From Nocardioidaceae bacterium (GTDB lineage Bacteria > Actinomycetota > Actinomycetes > Propionibacteriales > Nocardioidaceae), in NCBI GenBank assembly GCA_029266455.1, contig JAQSWV010000004.1, positions 23,330 through 87,329 of the forward strand: 64,000 nt of DNA, read 5' to 3'. Below are positions 29,514 through 40,202 of this stretch, piece after piece. Position numbers and translations under genes: made by a program. Within the stretch, counting starts at the first letter, position 1; each line of letters opens with the position of its first letter. The notes beneath the pieces were generated by a model. That model saw nothing but the letters and a program-made list of their open reading frames with translations, ran no database searches and was not told the origin of the DNA.

Positions 29514-30704
29514 ATGTCCCCGGGAACAACGCTCAGAGTCTGCCGTCCGCGCGTGCTCGCCGTCGCGATCGCCGGTCTACCGCTTGCCGCCGCGGCCGTG
29601 CTGTCTGTGCCTCAGGCGGGCGCCAGCAAGGTGGGCGACGACCACCTCCCGTTCTCGGAGCGCGCCTTGCGGGCAGCGGCAGCAGCTTCAGGGGACGCGG
29701 GCAACGCCGGTGTCCGGGTGCCCACGGACGCCACGCGCCTCATCAGCGGTCTGGACAACCCTCGCCAGCTGTCGCGCACCGAGGGCGGAGCCCTGGTGGT
29801 GGCCGAGGCCGGGCACGCCAACCCCAACAACTGCGGGAGGGACGCGTGTGTGGGCTTCAGCGGCAAGGTCAGCCTGGTCAAGCACGGGAACAAGCGCGTT
29901 GTCATGCGGCGCCTGATCTCGCTGGCCGGGCCGGACGGGAGCTTCGCCGTGGGCCCTGACGGCGCGAGCAAGACACCGGGCGGGCCGTTCCTCGCCGTGG
30001 AGACCTTTGCCCCGCCACGGTTGCTTCCGCCGGGCACGGACACCAAGCAGCTGGGCAAGCTGTTGGCACGTAAGGTGCCCGGCGGGGTGACGCACATCCG
30101 CGCGAACATCACCGCCTTCGAGCGCAAGCACGACCCTGACGGCGAGGGCTTCGACTCCAACCCGTACTCCGTGCTGGGCCTCAAGGGCCAGACTCTGGTC
30201 GCCGACGCCGCGGGAGACTCCATCCTGCAGCTGAAGGGCGGGAAGCTACGGCTGTGGGCCGAGCTGGACCCCGGCCCGAAGCTCGACGCGGTGCCGACCG
30301 TGATCAGCAAGGGCGGCAACGGTCACATCTATGTCGGCACGCTCTGGTCGGAGAAGCCCGGCGCGGCCAGGGTCTTCGAGTTCACGCGCGCCGGCCGCCT
30401 GCTGCACGTCTACCGGGGGTTCACCGGGATCACGGGTGTCGCGGCGTCGCGGGACGGCACGCTGTACGTCAGCGAGCTGTTCTCCGGGTGCGGCTTCGAC
30501 CAGGCGCCGCAGTGCTTCCCGGGGCGTGTGGTGAAGGCGAACACCGGCGGTGACGGGCGCAGCCATATGCGCGTCCCCTTCCCCGCCGGCATCGTCACCG
30601 CCAAGGGAGACTCGGTGCGGGTCGCGGCGTGGTCGATCGCGCCGTCCTCGGGCTTCGAGGGCAACCCGCGGTACAGCGGGCGTATCCTGCGCCTGCACTT
30701 CTGA
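29514..30704 (+). CDS. secreted ScyD/ScyE-family beta-propeller protein
   Basis: Has a signal peptide, then GLDNPRQL...ALVVAEAG and repeated blade motifs, including NPYSV..L and ..LYVSEL. Confidence 0.65.
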   Translation: MSPGTTLRVCRPRVLAVAIAGLPLAAAAVLSVPQAGASKVGDDHLPFSERALRAAAAASGDAGNAGVRVPTDATRLISGLDNPRQLSRTEGGALVVAEAGHANPNNCGRDACVGFSGKVSLVKHGNKRVVMRRLISLAGPDGSFAVGPDGASKTPGGPFLAVETFAPPRLLPPGTDTKQLGKLLARKVPGGVTHIRANITAFERKHDPDGEGFDSNPYSVLGLKGQTLVADAAGDSILQLKGGKLRLWAELDPGPKLDAVPTVISKGGNGHIYVGTLWSEKPGAARVFEFTRAGRLLHVYRGFTGITGVAASRDGTLYVSELFSGCGFDQAPQCFPGRVVKANTGGDGRSHMRVPFPAGIVTAKGDSVRVAAWSIAPSSGFEGNPRYSGRILRLHF

Positions 30705-30718
30705 GCCGGCGCTGACCC

Positions 30719-30743
30719 CACCGGGCACCCGCGGTGCCCGGTG
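30719..30743 (+). terminator. 10-bp perfect hairpin caccgggcac-ccgcg-gtgcccggtg after the ScyD-like gene
   Basis: Read directly from the sequence. There is no U-tail, which is common in high-GC actinobacteria. Confidence 0.45.
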
Positions 30744-30772
30744 CGGTTGCGCGTAGTGGGCACTATGGCGAC

Positions 30773-31026
30773 ATGGACCCCACCTGGCTGGCCGGGCTCG
30801 ACCCCGACACGGTCAAGCCCGGCGTGCTCGGCCTGGTGGTCGTGCTGGCGCTCGCGATCGCCACGGCCGTGCTGCTGCGCAGCTTCACCCGGCAGCTGAA
30901 GAAGATCGACTTCGACGAGGGGGAGGCGCCCTCCGACCGGGCAGACCTGCCACCGGACCCTGCGGCTCCACAGCCGGGTGATGACGACACCGGGCCAGGG
31001 CCGGGGCCGGCGTCAGAGCCGCCCCG

Positions 31027-31030
<4 letters not shown>
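30773..31030 (+). CDS. small membrane protein (one TM helix, Pro/Asp-rich tail)
   Basis: Begins [35 protein letters not shown]. Its stop overlaps the start of the next gene (ATGA). Confidence 0.55.
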
Positions 31031-33054
<2,024 letters not shown>

Positions 33055-33060
<6 letters not shown>

Positions 33061-33070
33061 TCGTGTAATC
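33055..33070. repeat. 8-bp tandem duplication gtgtaatc x2 spanning the yyaL stop codon
   Basis: Read directly from the sequence. The TAA stop at 33058-33060 lies inside copy 1. Confidence 0.8.
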
Positions 33071-33078
33071 ATTGCTCC

Positions 33079-33624
33079 ATGACTGACAACGAGACACTTC
33101 GCGGCTGGCTCACCGGCCGCCTTCCCGACGACTGGTTCGAGTCCGAGCCCACCGTCACCGTCGACCGTGACGAGATCCTCATCCTGGGTCGCCTCCCGCT
33201 GCCGCAGACGGCGGCAGGCGCCTCCGCCGCCGAGCAGGCGGCCGCCGTCCGAGGGCGCATCAAGGGCTTCCGCGAGGACACCCGCGACCGGCGGATCACG
33301 ATCGCCCGCGAGCTCGAGCACCGCAGCGGCCGAAAGGTGGCCTGGGGCGTCGAGTGCGGGGACACCACGCAGGTGTTCAGCCAGCTCGCCGCTCCGGTGA
33401 TGACCCGGCTGCGCCAGCCGGAGCGCCAGGTGCTCGACACGCTGGTCGACGCAGGTGTCGCCAGGTCCCGCGCCGACGCTCTCGGGTGGTGCGTCCGGCT
33501 CGTGCAGCAGAACGCCGACAGCTGGCTGGCCGAGCTGCGCACGGCCATGGAGAAGGTCGAGGAGGTCCGCGCCCAGGGACCGGACCGCACCCCCGACGAC
33601 CCCGCCTCGGCCGACCCCACCTGA
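33079..33624 (+). CDS. conserved hypothetical protein (no family recognised)
   Basis: Clean coding-type composition, 181 aa, with no obvious SD sequence. TGTAAT lies about 10 nt upstream of the ATG, so the transcript may be leaderless or have a short leader. Confidence 0.6.
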   Translation: MTDNETLRGWLTGRLPDDWFESEPTVTVDRDEILILGRLPLPQTAAGASAAEQAAAVRGRIKGFREDTRDRRITIARELEHRSGRKVAWGVECGDTTQVFSQLAAPVMTRLRQPERQVLDTLVDAGVARSRADALGWCVRLVQQNADSWLAELRTAMEKVEEVRAQGPDRTPDDPASADPT

Positions 33625-33647
33625 GCGAGATCCGCCCCCCCTCTTGT

Positions 33648-33666
33648 GCATCATCCGCGCACTACG
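33648..33666. repeat. solo copy of the 19-nt arm gcatcatccgcgcactacg of the 19920-20065 element
   Basis: An exact 19/19 match to 20040-20058. As in the full element, a C-run precedes it. Confidence 0.85.
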
Positions 33667-33702
33667 ACGATTGCTCACCGAACGGCCCGGCCGACGCGTC
33701 AG

Positions 33703-33746
33703 CCGGCGGTCACCCGGCGGTCACCCGGCGGTCACCCGGCGGTCAC
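33703..33746. repeat. 11-bp tandem repeat ccggcggtcac x4 (plus a partial copy). The last copy contains the hlyIII stop codon.
   Basis: Read directly from the sequence, with period 11 (t at 33710, 33721, 33732, 33743). Confidence 0.9.
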
Positions 33747-34444
33747 ACGGCGTAGGTGGCCAACGAGATGCCGACGTAGTGGACGGTGAAGGCAGCGATG
33801 GTCAAGGCGTGGAACACCTCGTGGAAGCCGAACCACCGCGGGAGCGGGTCCGGCTTCTTGACCGCGTAGACGAGACCGCCCAGCGAGTACAGCAACCCGC
33901 CCACCACCATCAAGGTGAGGACGGCGGTGTTCGCGGACGCGGCGAAGTCACCGGCCCAGAACGCCGCCGCCCAGCCCAGCGCCACGTAGACGGGCACGTA
34001 GAGCCAGCGCGGCGCCCCTACCCAGAGCACGCGGAACGCGACCCCCAACAGAGCACCCACCCACACGATGGTCAGGAGCACTTCGGCGTTGCGCGTGTCG
34101 AGGAGCAGCAGCGCGAACGGTGTGTACGTCCCGGCGATGAGCAGGAAGATGTTGGCGTGGTCGAGGCGCTGCAGGACGCCGTGCGCGCGGGTCCCCCAGG
34201 CGGGCGTGTGGTAGACGGCGCTGACGGTGAAGAGCAGGACCGACGTCACCGTGAACACGACCGCACCCGTGCGCGCCTCACCCCCCGGTGACAGCACGAC
34301 CAGCACGATGCCCGCAGCCAGCGACAGCGGCACGGTGGCCGTGTGCAGCCACCCGCGGAGTCGCGGCTTGATCTCGCCCACCGTGTCGCGCAGGCGGTCA
34401 CCGACCTCGTGGCCCATCGCCTGCATCCGTCCGGGGCCTGTCAT
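33743..34444 (-). CDS. hemolysin III / PAQR family membrane protein
   Basis: Has 7 TM helices and the conserved motifs LDHANIFLLIAGTYTP and HEVFH. Confidence 0.9.
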   Translation of the reverse strand: MTGPGRMQAMGHEVGDRLRDTVGEIKPRLRGWLHTATVPLSLAAGIVLVVLSPGGEARTGAVVFTVTSVLLFTVSAVYHTPAWGTRAHGVLQRLDHANIFLLIAGTYTPFALLLLDTRNAEVLLTIVWVGALLGVAFRVLWVGAPRWLYVPVYVALGWAAAFWAGDFAASANTAVLTLMVVGGLLYSLGGLVYAVKKPDPLPRWFGFHEVFHALTIAAFTVHYVGISLATYAV

Positions 34445-34525
34445 GCAACTCAGCGTAGATGCGCCCCGCGCGGGGCACCCGGCGATAGCCTGAGGTGCTG
34501 ATCACGTTGCCGTGGCGAGGGGCGG

Positions 34526-35320
34526 ATGCGGATGGGCAGGGCCAGGCGAACAGTTCGCGACATCGCGTACGCCGTGTACACCCGACGACTGCAGCGACGC
34601 CTCGAGTCCGCAGCCATGCCGCGGCACGTCGGCGTCATCGTCGACGGCAACCGCCGCTGGGCCCGCTCCTCCGAGGCGAACGACGGGAGCGGCTACCGGG
34701 CCGGCTACCAGGCCGGGGCGGACAAGATCACGGAGTTCCTCGGCTGGTGCGAGGAGGCGCGCGTCGAGGTGGTGACCCTGTGGCTGCTGTCGACCGACAA
34801 CCTCAACCGCGAGTCCGAGCAGCTGACCGAGCTGATGTCCGTGATCGTCGACCTGGTGCGGTCACTCGCCGAGAGCGGTCGATGGCGGCTCCAGCCGCTC
34901 GGCGCGCTGGACCTCCTGCCGGCGGACGCCGCCGAGGCGATGAAGGAGGCGGCCGCGACGACCGACCAGGTCGACGGGCTCACCGTGAACGTGGCGGTGG
35001 GCTACGGCGGACGGCGCGAGCTCACCGACGCGGTGCGTGCCCTGCTGACGGAGCACGCGTCCCGCGGCGTCTCCATCGAGGAGCTCGCCGAGAGCCTCGA
35101 CGTCGAGCACATCGCCCGTCACCTGTACACCAAGGGACAACCCGATCCCGACCTGGTGATCCGCACCTCCGGCGAGCAGCGGCTGAGCGGCTTCCTGCTC
35201 TGGCAGAGCGCGCATTCGGAGTTCTGGTTCTGTGACGCGCTGTGGCCGGACTTCCGGCGGATCGACTTCCTCCGGGCCCTGCGGGCGTACGCCGCCCGGG
35301 AGCGCCGGTACGGCGTCTGA
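34526..35320 (+). CDS. isoprenyl transferase (cis-prenyltransferase, UppS/Z-FPP synthase family)
   Basis: Contains HVGVIVDGNRRWA and the ..IRTSGEQRLSGFLLWQ motifs. Confidence 0.9.
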   Translation: MRMGRARRTVRDIAYAVYTRRLQRRLESAAMPRHVGVIVDGNRRWARSSEANDGSGYRAGYQAGADKITEFLGWCEEARVEVVTLWLLSTDNLNRESEQLTELMSVIVDLVRSLAESGRWRLQPLGALDLLPADAAEAMKEAAATTDQVDGLTVNVAVGYGGRRELTDAVRALLTEHASRGVSIEELAESLDVEHIARHLYTKGQPDPDLVIRTSGEQRLSGFLLWQSAHSEFWFCDALWPDFRRIDFLRALRAYAARERRYGV

Positions 35321-35533
35321 CGGCGGGAGCGGCTGGCTGGCGACGATTGCGCCCGCAGGCATGGCGTGTCGGGACCCGCACCGCGACGGGCAGCCGTAGC
35401 GTCGGCTCCGACGGCCGGGCAGCCGGTCGCCCCGGGAGGCCCAGTGACGCTCGGCACCGCTCCGCGCGCCGTTCCCGGTCCCTTCGACCTGGGACCGGGC
35501 GCCGCAGCAGCGCATGGTCCGGAAGGATCCACC

Positions 35534-36865
35534 GTGCCTGATCCCGTTCGCGAGCCGGTTTCTTCGCCCGCCGACCCGGTTCGCACGTACGTGCTGGACA
35601 CCAGCGTCCTGCTCGCCGACCCGACTGCGCTGGGCCGCTTCGAGGAGCACGAGGTCGTGCTCCCCGTGGTGGTCGTCTCGGAGCTCGAGGCCAAGCGACA
35701 CCACCCCGAGCTGGGCTACTTCGCCCGCTCGGCGCTGCGTCGGCTGGACGAGCTCCGGGTGCTGCACGGACGGCTCGATGCGCCGGTACCCATCGGCGAC
35801 GGCGGCGGAAGTCTGCGAGTCGAGCTGAACCACACCGATCCCGAGGTGCTGCCGGCGGGGTTCCGGCTCGGTGACAACGACACCCGGATCCTCGCGGTGG
35901 CACGCAACCTGGCGCAGGAGGGGCGTGCCGTGACGCTGGTCTCCAAGGACCTGCCCATGCGCGTCAAGGCCTCCGCCGTCGGCCTCGCCGCCGAGGAGTA
36001 CCGCGCCGAGCTGGTGCCCCAGTCGGGGTGGACCGGCGTGGCCGAGATGGAGGTCGCCGGTCACGTCGTCGACGAGCTGTACGACGACGGCCTCGTCGAC
36101 GTCGACGAGGCGCGCGACCTGCCCTGTCATGCCGGCGTGGTGATGCTGTCCGAGCGTGGCAGCGCCCTCGGCCGGATGGGACCTGACAAGCGGGTGCGCC
36201 TGGTCCGGGGCGACCGCGAGGCGTTCGGCCTGCGCGGCCGCTCGGCCGAGCAGCGCGTCGCGCTCGACCTGCTGCTCGACCCCGACGTCGGGATCATCTC
36301 CCTCGGCGGCCGCGCCGGCACCGGCAAGTCGGCGCTGGCCCTGTGCGCCGGGCTGGAGAACGTCCTCGAGAGGCGGCGTCACCGGAAGGTGCTGGTCTTC
36401 CGGCCGCTGTACGCCGTGGGGGGCCAGGACCTCGGCTACCTGCCCGGCAACGAGTCCGAGAAGATGCACCCCTGGGCCCAGGCCGTCTTCGACACGCTGG
36501 GCGCGCTGGTCAGCACCCACGTCGTGGACGAGATCCTCGACCGGGGCATGCTCGAGGTCCTGCCGCTCACCCACATCCGTGGCCGGTCTCTGCACGACGC
36601 CTTCGTGATCGTGGACGAGGCGCAGTCCCTCGAACGCAACGTGCTGCTCACCGTGCTGTCGCGGATCGGCGCCAACTCCCGGGTCGTCCTCACCCACGAC
36701 ATCGCCCAGCGCGACAACCTGCGGGTGGGCCGCCACGACGGGGTCGCGGCGGTCGTCGAGACACTCAAGGGGCACCCGCTGTTCGCCCACGTGACGCTCA
36801 CCCGCTCCGAGCGGTCGCCCATCGCCGCGCTCGTCACCGAGATGCTGGAGGGCTCCGCACAGTGA
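35534..36865 (+). CDS. phoH2: PhoH2-type protein: N-terminal PIN domain fused to a PhoH-like ATPase
   Basis: Has a PIN domain ([12 protein letters not shown] ... [11 protein letters not shown]) and a PhoH Walker A (GRAGTGKS). The GTG at 35534 follows ggaagga. The ORF-track start is 35366. Confidence 0.85.
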   Translation: MPDPVREPVSSPADPVRTYVLDTSVLLADPTALGRFEEHEVVLPVVVVSELEAKRHHPELGYFARSALRRLDELRVLHGRLDAPVPIGDGGGSLRVELNHTDPEVLPAGFRLGDNDTRILAVARNLAQEGRAVTLVSKDLPMRVKASAVGLAAEEYRAELVPQSGWTGVAEMEVAGHVVDELYDDGLVDVDEARDLPCHAGVVMLSERGSALGRMGPDKRVRLVRGDREAFGLRGRSAEQRVALDLLLDPDVGIISLGGRAGTGKSALALCAGLENVLERRRHRKVLVFRPLYAVGGQDLGYLPGNESEKMHPWAQAVFDTLGALVSTHVVDEILDRGMLEVLPLTHIRGRSLHDAFVIVDEAQSLERNVLLTVLSRIGANSRVVLTHDIAQRDNLRVGRHDGVAAVVETLKGHPLFAHVTLTRSERSPIAALVTEMLEGSAQ

Positions 36866-37017
36866 CGAGAGGTATCGCAACGGTGACCACCCCGCTCGCT
36901 CAGGGCATGCCGCTGCATATCAATCCGAACACGGTGTGACCGCCGGGTGTCGGGCCGGTGCGATCCAGGTCACAGCCTGGCATAGTGCGCGTCAGACCAG
37001 CCCGGCCAACTCAGGAG

Positions 37018-37027
37018 ATCTGCAGAT
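37018..37027. promoter_or_regulatory. perfect 10-bp palindrome ATCTGCAGAT about 70 nt upstream of the sugar ABC operon (candidate operator)
   Basis: Read directly from the sequence. It sits in a relatively AT-rich 228-bp intergenic region. Confidence 0.3.
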
Positions 37028-37093
37028 GCCACAGTCAGCACGCTGCGACAAGTCGCCGTTGGGCGGACCTCGCGACTACTCCGCGAGAACGAG

Positions 37094-38389
37094 ATGAGGC
37101 AGAGGGTGCGCAAGCCCCGGAAGACGGCGCTCGCCGCCGCTCTCGCGGTCGGCATGTCGCTGCTCGCGGCTTGCGGAGGCGACGACACCGGACCGCCGAC
37201 GTTGACCTGGTACACCAACCCGGACACCGGCGGCCAGGACGCCCTCGCGGAGAAGTGCACCAAGGAGGCCAACGGCGAATACGAGATCACCACCAGTGGT
37301 CTGCCCACGGACGCCACGGCGCAGCGCGAGCAGCTCCTGCGCCGACTGGCGGGCAGCGACTCCTCCGTCGACCTGATGAGCCTCGACCCGCCGTTCACGG
37401 CGGAGTTCGCCACCGCCGGTTTCCTCGCCGACATCCCGGAGGATCGCGCCGCGGAGTTCACCGAGGGGATCTTCGAACCGGCCGTGACCAGCGCGACCTG
37501 GGAGGACAAGCTGGTGGCGGTGCCGTTCTGGGCCAACACCCAGCTGCTGTGGTATCGCAAGAGCGTCGCGCAGGCGGCCGGCCTGAACATGTCGCAGCCG
37601 GTGACGTGGGACCAGATCGTGCAGGCCGCCGACAGTGAGAACAAGACAGTGGCCGCCCAGGGGCTGCTCTACGAGGGCTACACCGTGTGGATCAACGCGC
37701 TGGTCGAGTCGGCCGGCGCCAACGTGGTGACCAACCCTGAAGCACCGCCGGAGGACATCGAGCTCGGCATCGACTCGCCAGAAGGTCAGGCGGCGGCCGA
37801 GGTCATCAACCAGGTGGCGGAGGTCGGCGGTCCCGCGCTGTCCACCCAGGAGGAGGAGGCAGCCCGTCGCCTCTTCCAGGGCCCCGACGGTGGCTTCCTG
37901 GTGAACTGGCCCTATGTCTGGGCCGCCTGGCAGGGCGAGGTCGACGCCGGCACGCTCGGCAAGGACGTGCTGAACGACATCGGCTGGACCATGTACCCGC
38001 GCGTCAGCGAGGACCAGCCGTCGGCGCCACCTCTCGGCGGCATCCACATCGGCATCGGCGCCTTCTCGGAGTACGAAGAGGAGGCTCTCGCCGCCACCGA
38101 GTGCATCACGTCCGAGGAGAGCCAGAAGTACTACATGCTGACGAACGGCAACCCGGCCGCTGCGGAGGCGGTCTACGACGACCCCAAGGTCCGTGAGGCG
38201 TACCCCATGGCCGACGCCATCGTGGCGAGCATGGAAGCAGCAGCGCCCCGGCCGTTGACGCCGTACTACACGGAGGTGTCGTCCTCCATCCAGCGGGAGT
38301 TCCACCCACCGTCGTCGGTGACGGCCGAGACGCCCCAAGACGCCGCCGAACTCATCAACGGCGTGATCAGCGGAGAGGTGCTGTTGTGA
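37094..38389 (+). CDS. carbohydrate ABC transporter substrate-binding lipoprotein (family 1 SBP)
   Basis: Has lipobox LLAACGG and the typical SBP_bac_1 layout. Its stop overlaps the next gene (GTGA). Confidence 0.88.
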   Translation: MRQRVRKPRKTALAAALAVGMSLLAACGGDDTGPPTLTWYTNPDTGGQDALAEKCTKEANGEYEITTSGLPTDATAQREQLLRRLAGSDSSVDLMSLDPPFTAEFATAGFLADIPEDRAAEFTEGIFEPAVTSATWEDKLVAVPFWANTQLLWYRKSVAQAAGLNMSQPVTWDQIVQAADSENKTVAAQGLLYEGYTVWINALVESAGANVVTNPEAPPEDIELGIDSPEGQAAAEVINQVAEVGGPALSTQEEEAARRLFQGPDGGFLVNWPYVWAAWQGEVDAGTLGKDVLNDIGWTMYPRVSEDQPSAPPLGGIHIGIGAFSEYEEEALAATECITSEESQKYYMLTNGNPAAAEAVYDDPKVREAYPMADAIVASMEAAAPRPLTPYYTEVSSSIQREFHPPSSVTAETPQDAAELINGVISGEVLL

Positions 38390-39339
38390 GCACAGCGATG
38401 ACTGAGCGCCCGACCGAGAAGAAGGCCGACCCGGCCAAGACGACCGACCGGGCGCGAGGGGAACGGCGGCTCGGCTGGATGCTCGCCGGCCCGGCGTTCT
38501 TCGTCATGCTGGCGGTGACGCTCTACCCGATCCTCAACGCGGTCTGGCTGTCGCTGTTCAACTACCGCCTGACCGACCCGGACAACCGGTCCTTCATCTG
38601 GTTCAAGAACTACAGCGTGATCCTCACCGACCCGTTGTGGTGGCAGGTCATCTGGGTGACGCTGCTGATCACGGTCATCACCGTGGTGGTCGAGCTGGTC
38701 ATCGGCTTCGCGCTGGCCATGGTGATGAACAAGGCGATCAAGACCCTGCGCCCGTTCCTGCGTACGGCGATCCTCATCCCCTACGCGATCATCACGGTGG
38801 TGTCGGCGTTCGCCTGGCAGTTCGCGTTCGCCCTGGACACCGGGTTCGTGAACAGGTGGCTGGGCTGGGTGCCGGGCATCGACGCCCAGACCGACTGGTT
38901 CGGCTCGTTCTGGCCGTCGATCGCCATCATCTGCCTGTCGGAGATCTGGAAGACGACGCCCTTCATCTCGCTCCTGCTCCTGGCCGGTCTGGCCCAGGTT
39001 CCCGAGGACATGCAGGAGGCGGCGAAGGTCGACGGCGCCACCGCCTGGCAGCGTCTCTACAAGGTCACGCTGCCCAACATGAAGGCCGCCATCATGGTCG
39101 CGGTGTTGTTCCGGACGCTCGACGCGTTCCGGATCTTCGACAACGTGTTCGTGATGACGGGCGGTGCCAACGAGACCGAGACGGTGTCGTTCCTGGCCTA
39201 CCGCACGACCATCGAGCGAGTCGAGATCGGGCTGGGGTCGGCCGTCTCCGTGCTGCTCTTCCTGTGCGTGGTGCTGATAGCCGCCGTCGCCATCAAGTTG
39301 TTCAGGGTCGATCTTTCTCAGATGCGAGGGGACAAGTAA
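38386..39339 (+). CDS. carbohydrate ABC transporter permease (MalF/SugA-like)
   Basis: Has 6 TM helices and the EAA loop (EAAKVDGATAWQRLYKVTLP). Confidence 0.9.
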   Translation: MSTAMTERPTEKKADPAKTTDRARGERRLGWMLAGPAFFVMLAVTLYPILNAVWLSLFNYRLTDPDNRSFIWFKNYSVILTDPLWWQVIWVTLLITVITVVVELVIGFALAMVMNKAIKTLRPFLRTAILIPYAIITVVSAFAWQFAFALDTGFVNRWLGWVPGIDAQTDWFGSFWPSIAIICLSEIWKTTPFISLLLLAGLAQVPEDMQEAAKVDGATAWQRLYKVTLPNMKAAIMVAVLFRTLDAFRIFDNVFVMTGGANETETVSFLAYRTTIERVEIGLGSAVSVLLFLCVVLIAAVAIKLFRVDLSQMRGDK

Positions 39340-40172
39340 TGGAGCGGCGTAACACAGCGCTGTGGTGGATCGGCGGCGCGGTGATCTTCGTCTACTGCCT
39401 GGTGCCGGTGGTCTGGATCGTCATGCTGTCCTTCAAGACGCCGGCGGCGCTGTCGGACAAGCGTTTCATCCCCGAGACCTTCTCGACCCAGAACTACGAC
39501 TTCATCATCAACGGAGCAGGCTCCGACCTGTTCCTGCCGGCACTGCGCAACTCGTTCGGGATCTGCCTCATCGCGACCTTCATCGCGGTGATCCTGTCGA
39601 TGTTCTGCGCGTACGCCATCGCCCGTCTGGAGTTCCCCGGGAAGCGGATCATCCTGACCAGCGCGCTCGCGGTCGCGATCTTCCCGGTGATCTCGATCGT
39701 GACGCCGCTGTTCAACCTGTGGCGTGAGATCGGTCTCTACGACACGTGGCCCGGCCTGATCATCCCCTACCTGTCGCTGACGCTGCCGCTGTCGATCTGG
39801 GTGCTGTCGGCGTTCTTCCGGGAGATCCCCTGGGAGATGGAGCAGGCGGCGCAGGTCGACGGGGCGACGGCATGGCAGGCCTTCCGCAAGGTCATCGTTC
39901 CGCTTGCCGCACCCGGCGTGTTCACGACCGCGATCATCGCGTTCTTCATCGCATGGAACGACTTCGTCTACGGCATATCGCTCAGCTCGACCGAGGCGAG
40001 CCGGCCGGTTCCGGCAGCGCTGGCGTTCTTCACCGGCGCGTCCCAGTTCGAGCAACCGACCGGTGCCATCGCGGCAGCTGCCGTCGTGGTCACGATCCCC
40101 GTCGTCATACTCGTCCTGCTGTTCCAGCGGCGCATCGTCGCCGGCCTCACCAACGGTGCCGTCAAGGGCTGA
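39339..40172 (+). CDS. carbohydrate ABC transporter permease (MalG/SugB-like)
   Basis: The ATG shares one nt with the upstream TAA (TAATG). It has the EAA loop (EQAAQVDGATAWQAFRKVIVP). Confidence 0.9.
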   Translation: MERRNTALWWIGGAVIFVYCLVPVVWIVMLSFKTPAALSDKRFIPETFSTQNYDFIINGAGSDLFLPALRNSFGICLIATFIAVILSMFCAYAIARLEFPGKRIILTSALAVAIFPVISIVTPLFNLWREIGLYDTWPGLIIPYLSLTLPLSIWVLSAFFREIPWEMEQAAQVDGATAWQAFRKVIVPLAAPGVFTTAIIAFFIAWNDFVYGISLSSTEASRPVPAALAFFTGASQFEQPTGAIAAAAVVVTIPVVILVLLFQRRIVAGLTNGAVKG

Positions 40173-40202
40173 CGCCGCTACCTGTCAAAGGAGATTCCCC
40201 AG

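Noticed and set aside
36935-36974. A 7-bp inverted repeat TGTGACC-N26-GGTCACA upstream of the sugar operon.
   Set aside because: The arms are short and the spacer is long, so chance occurrence is plausible.
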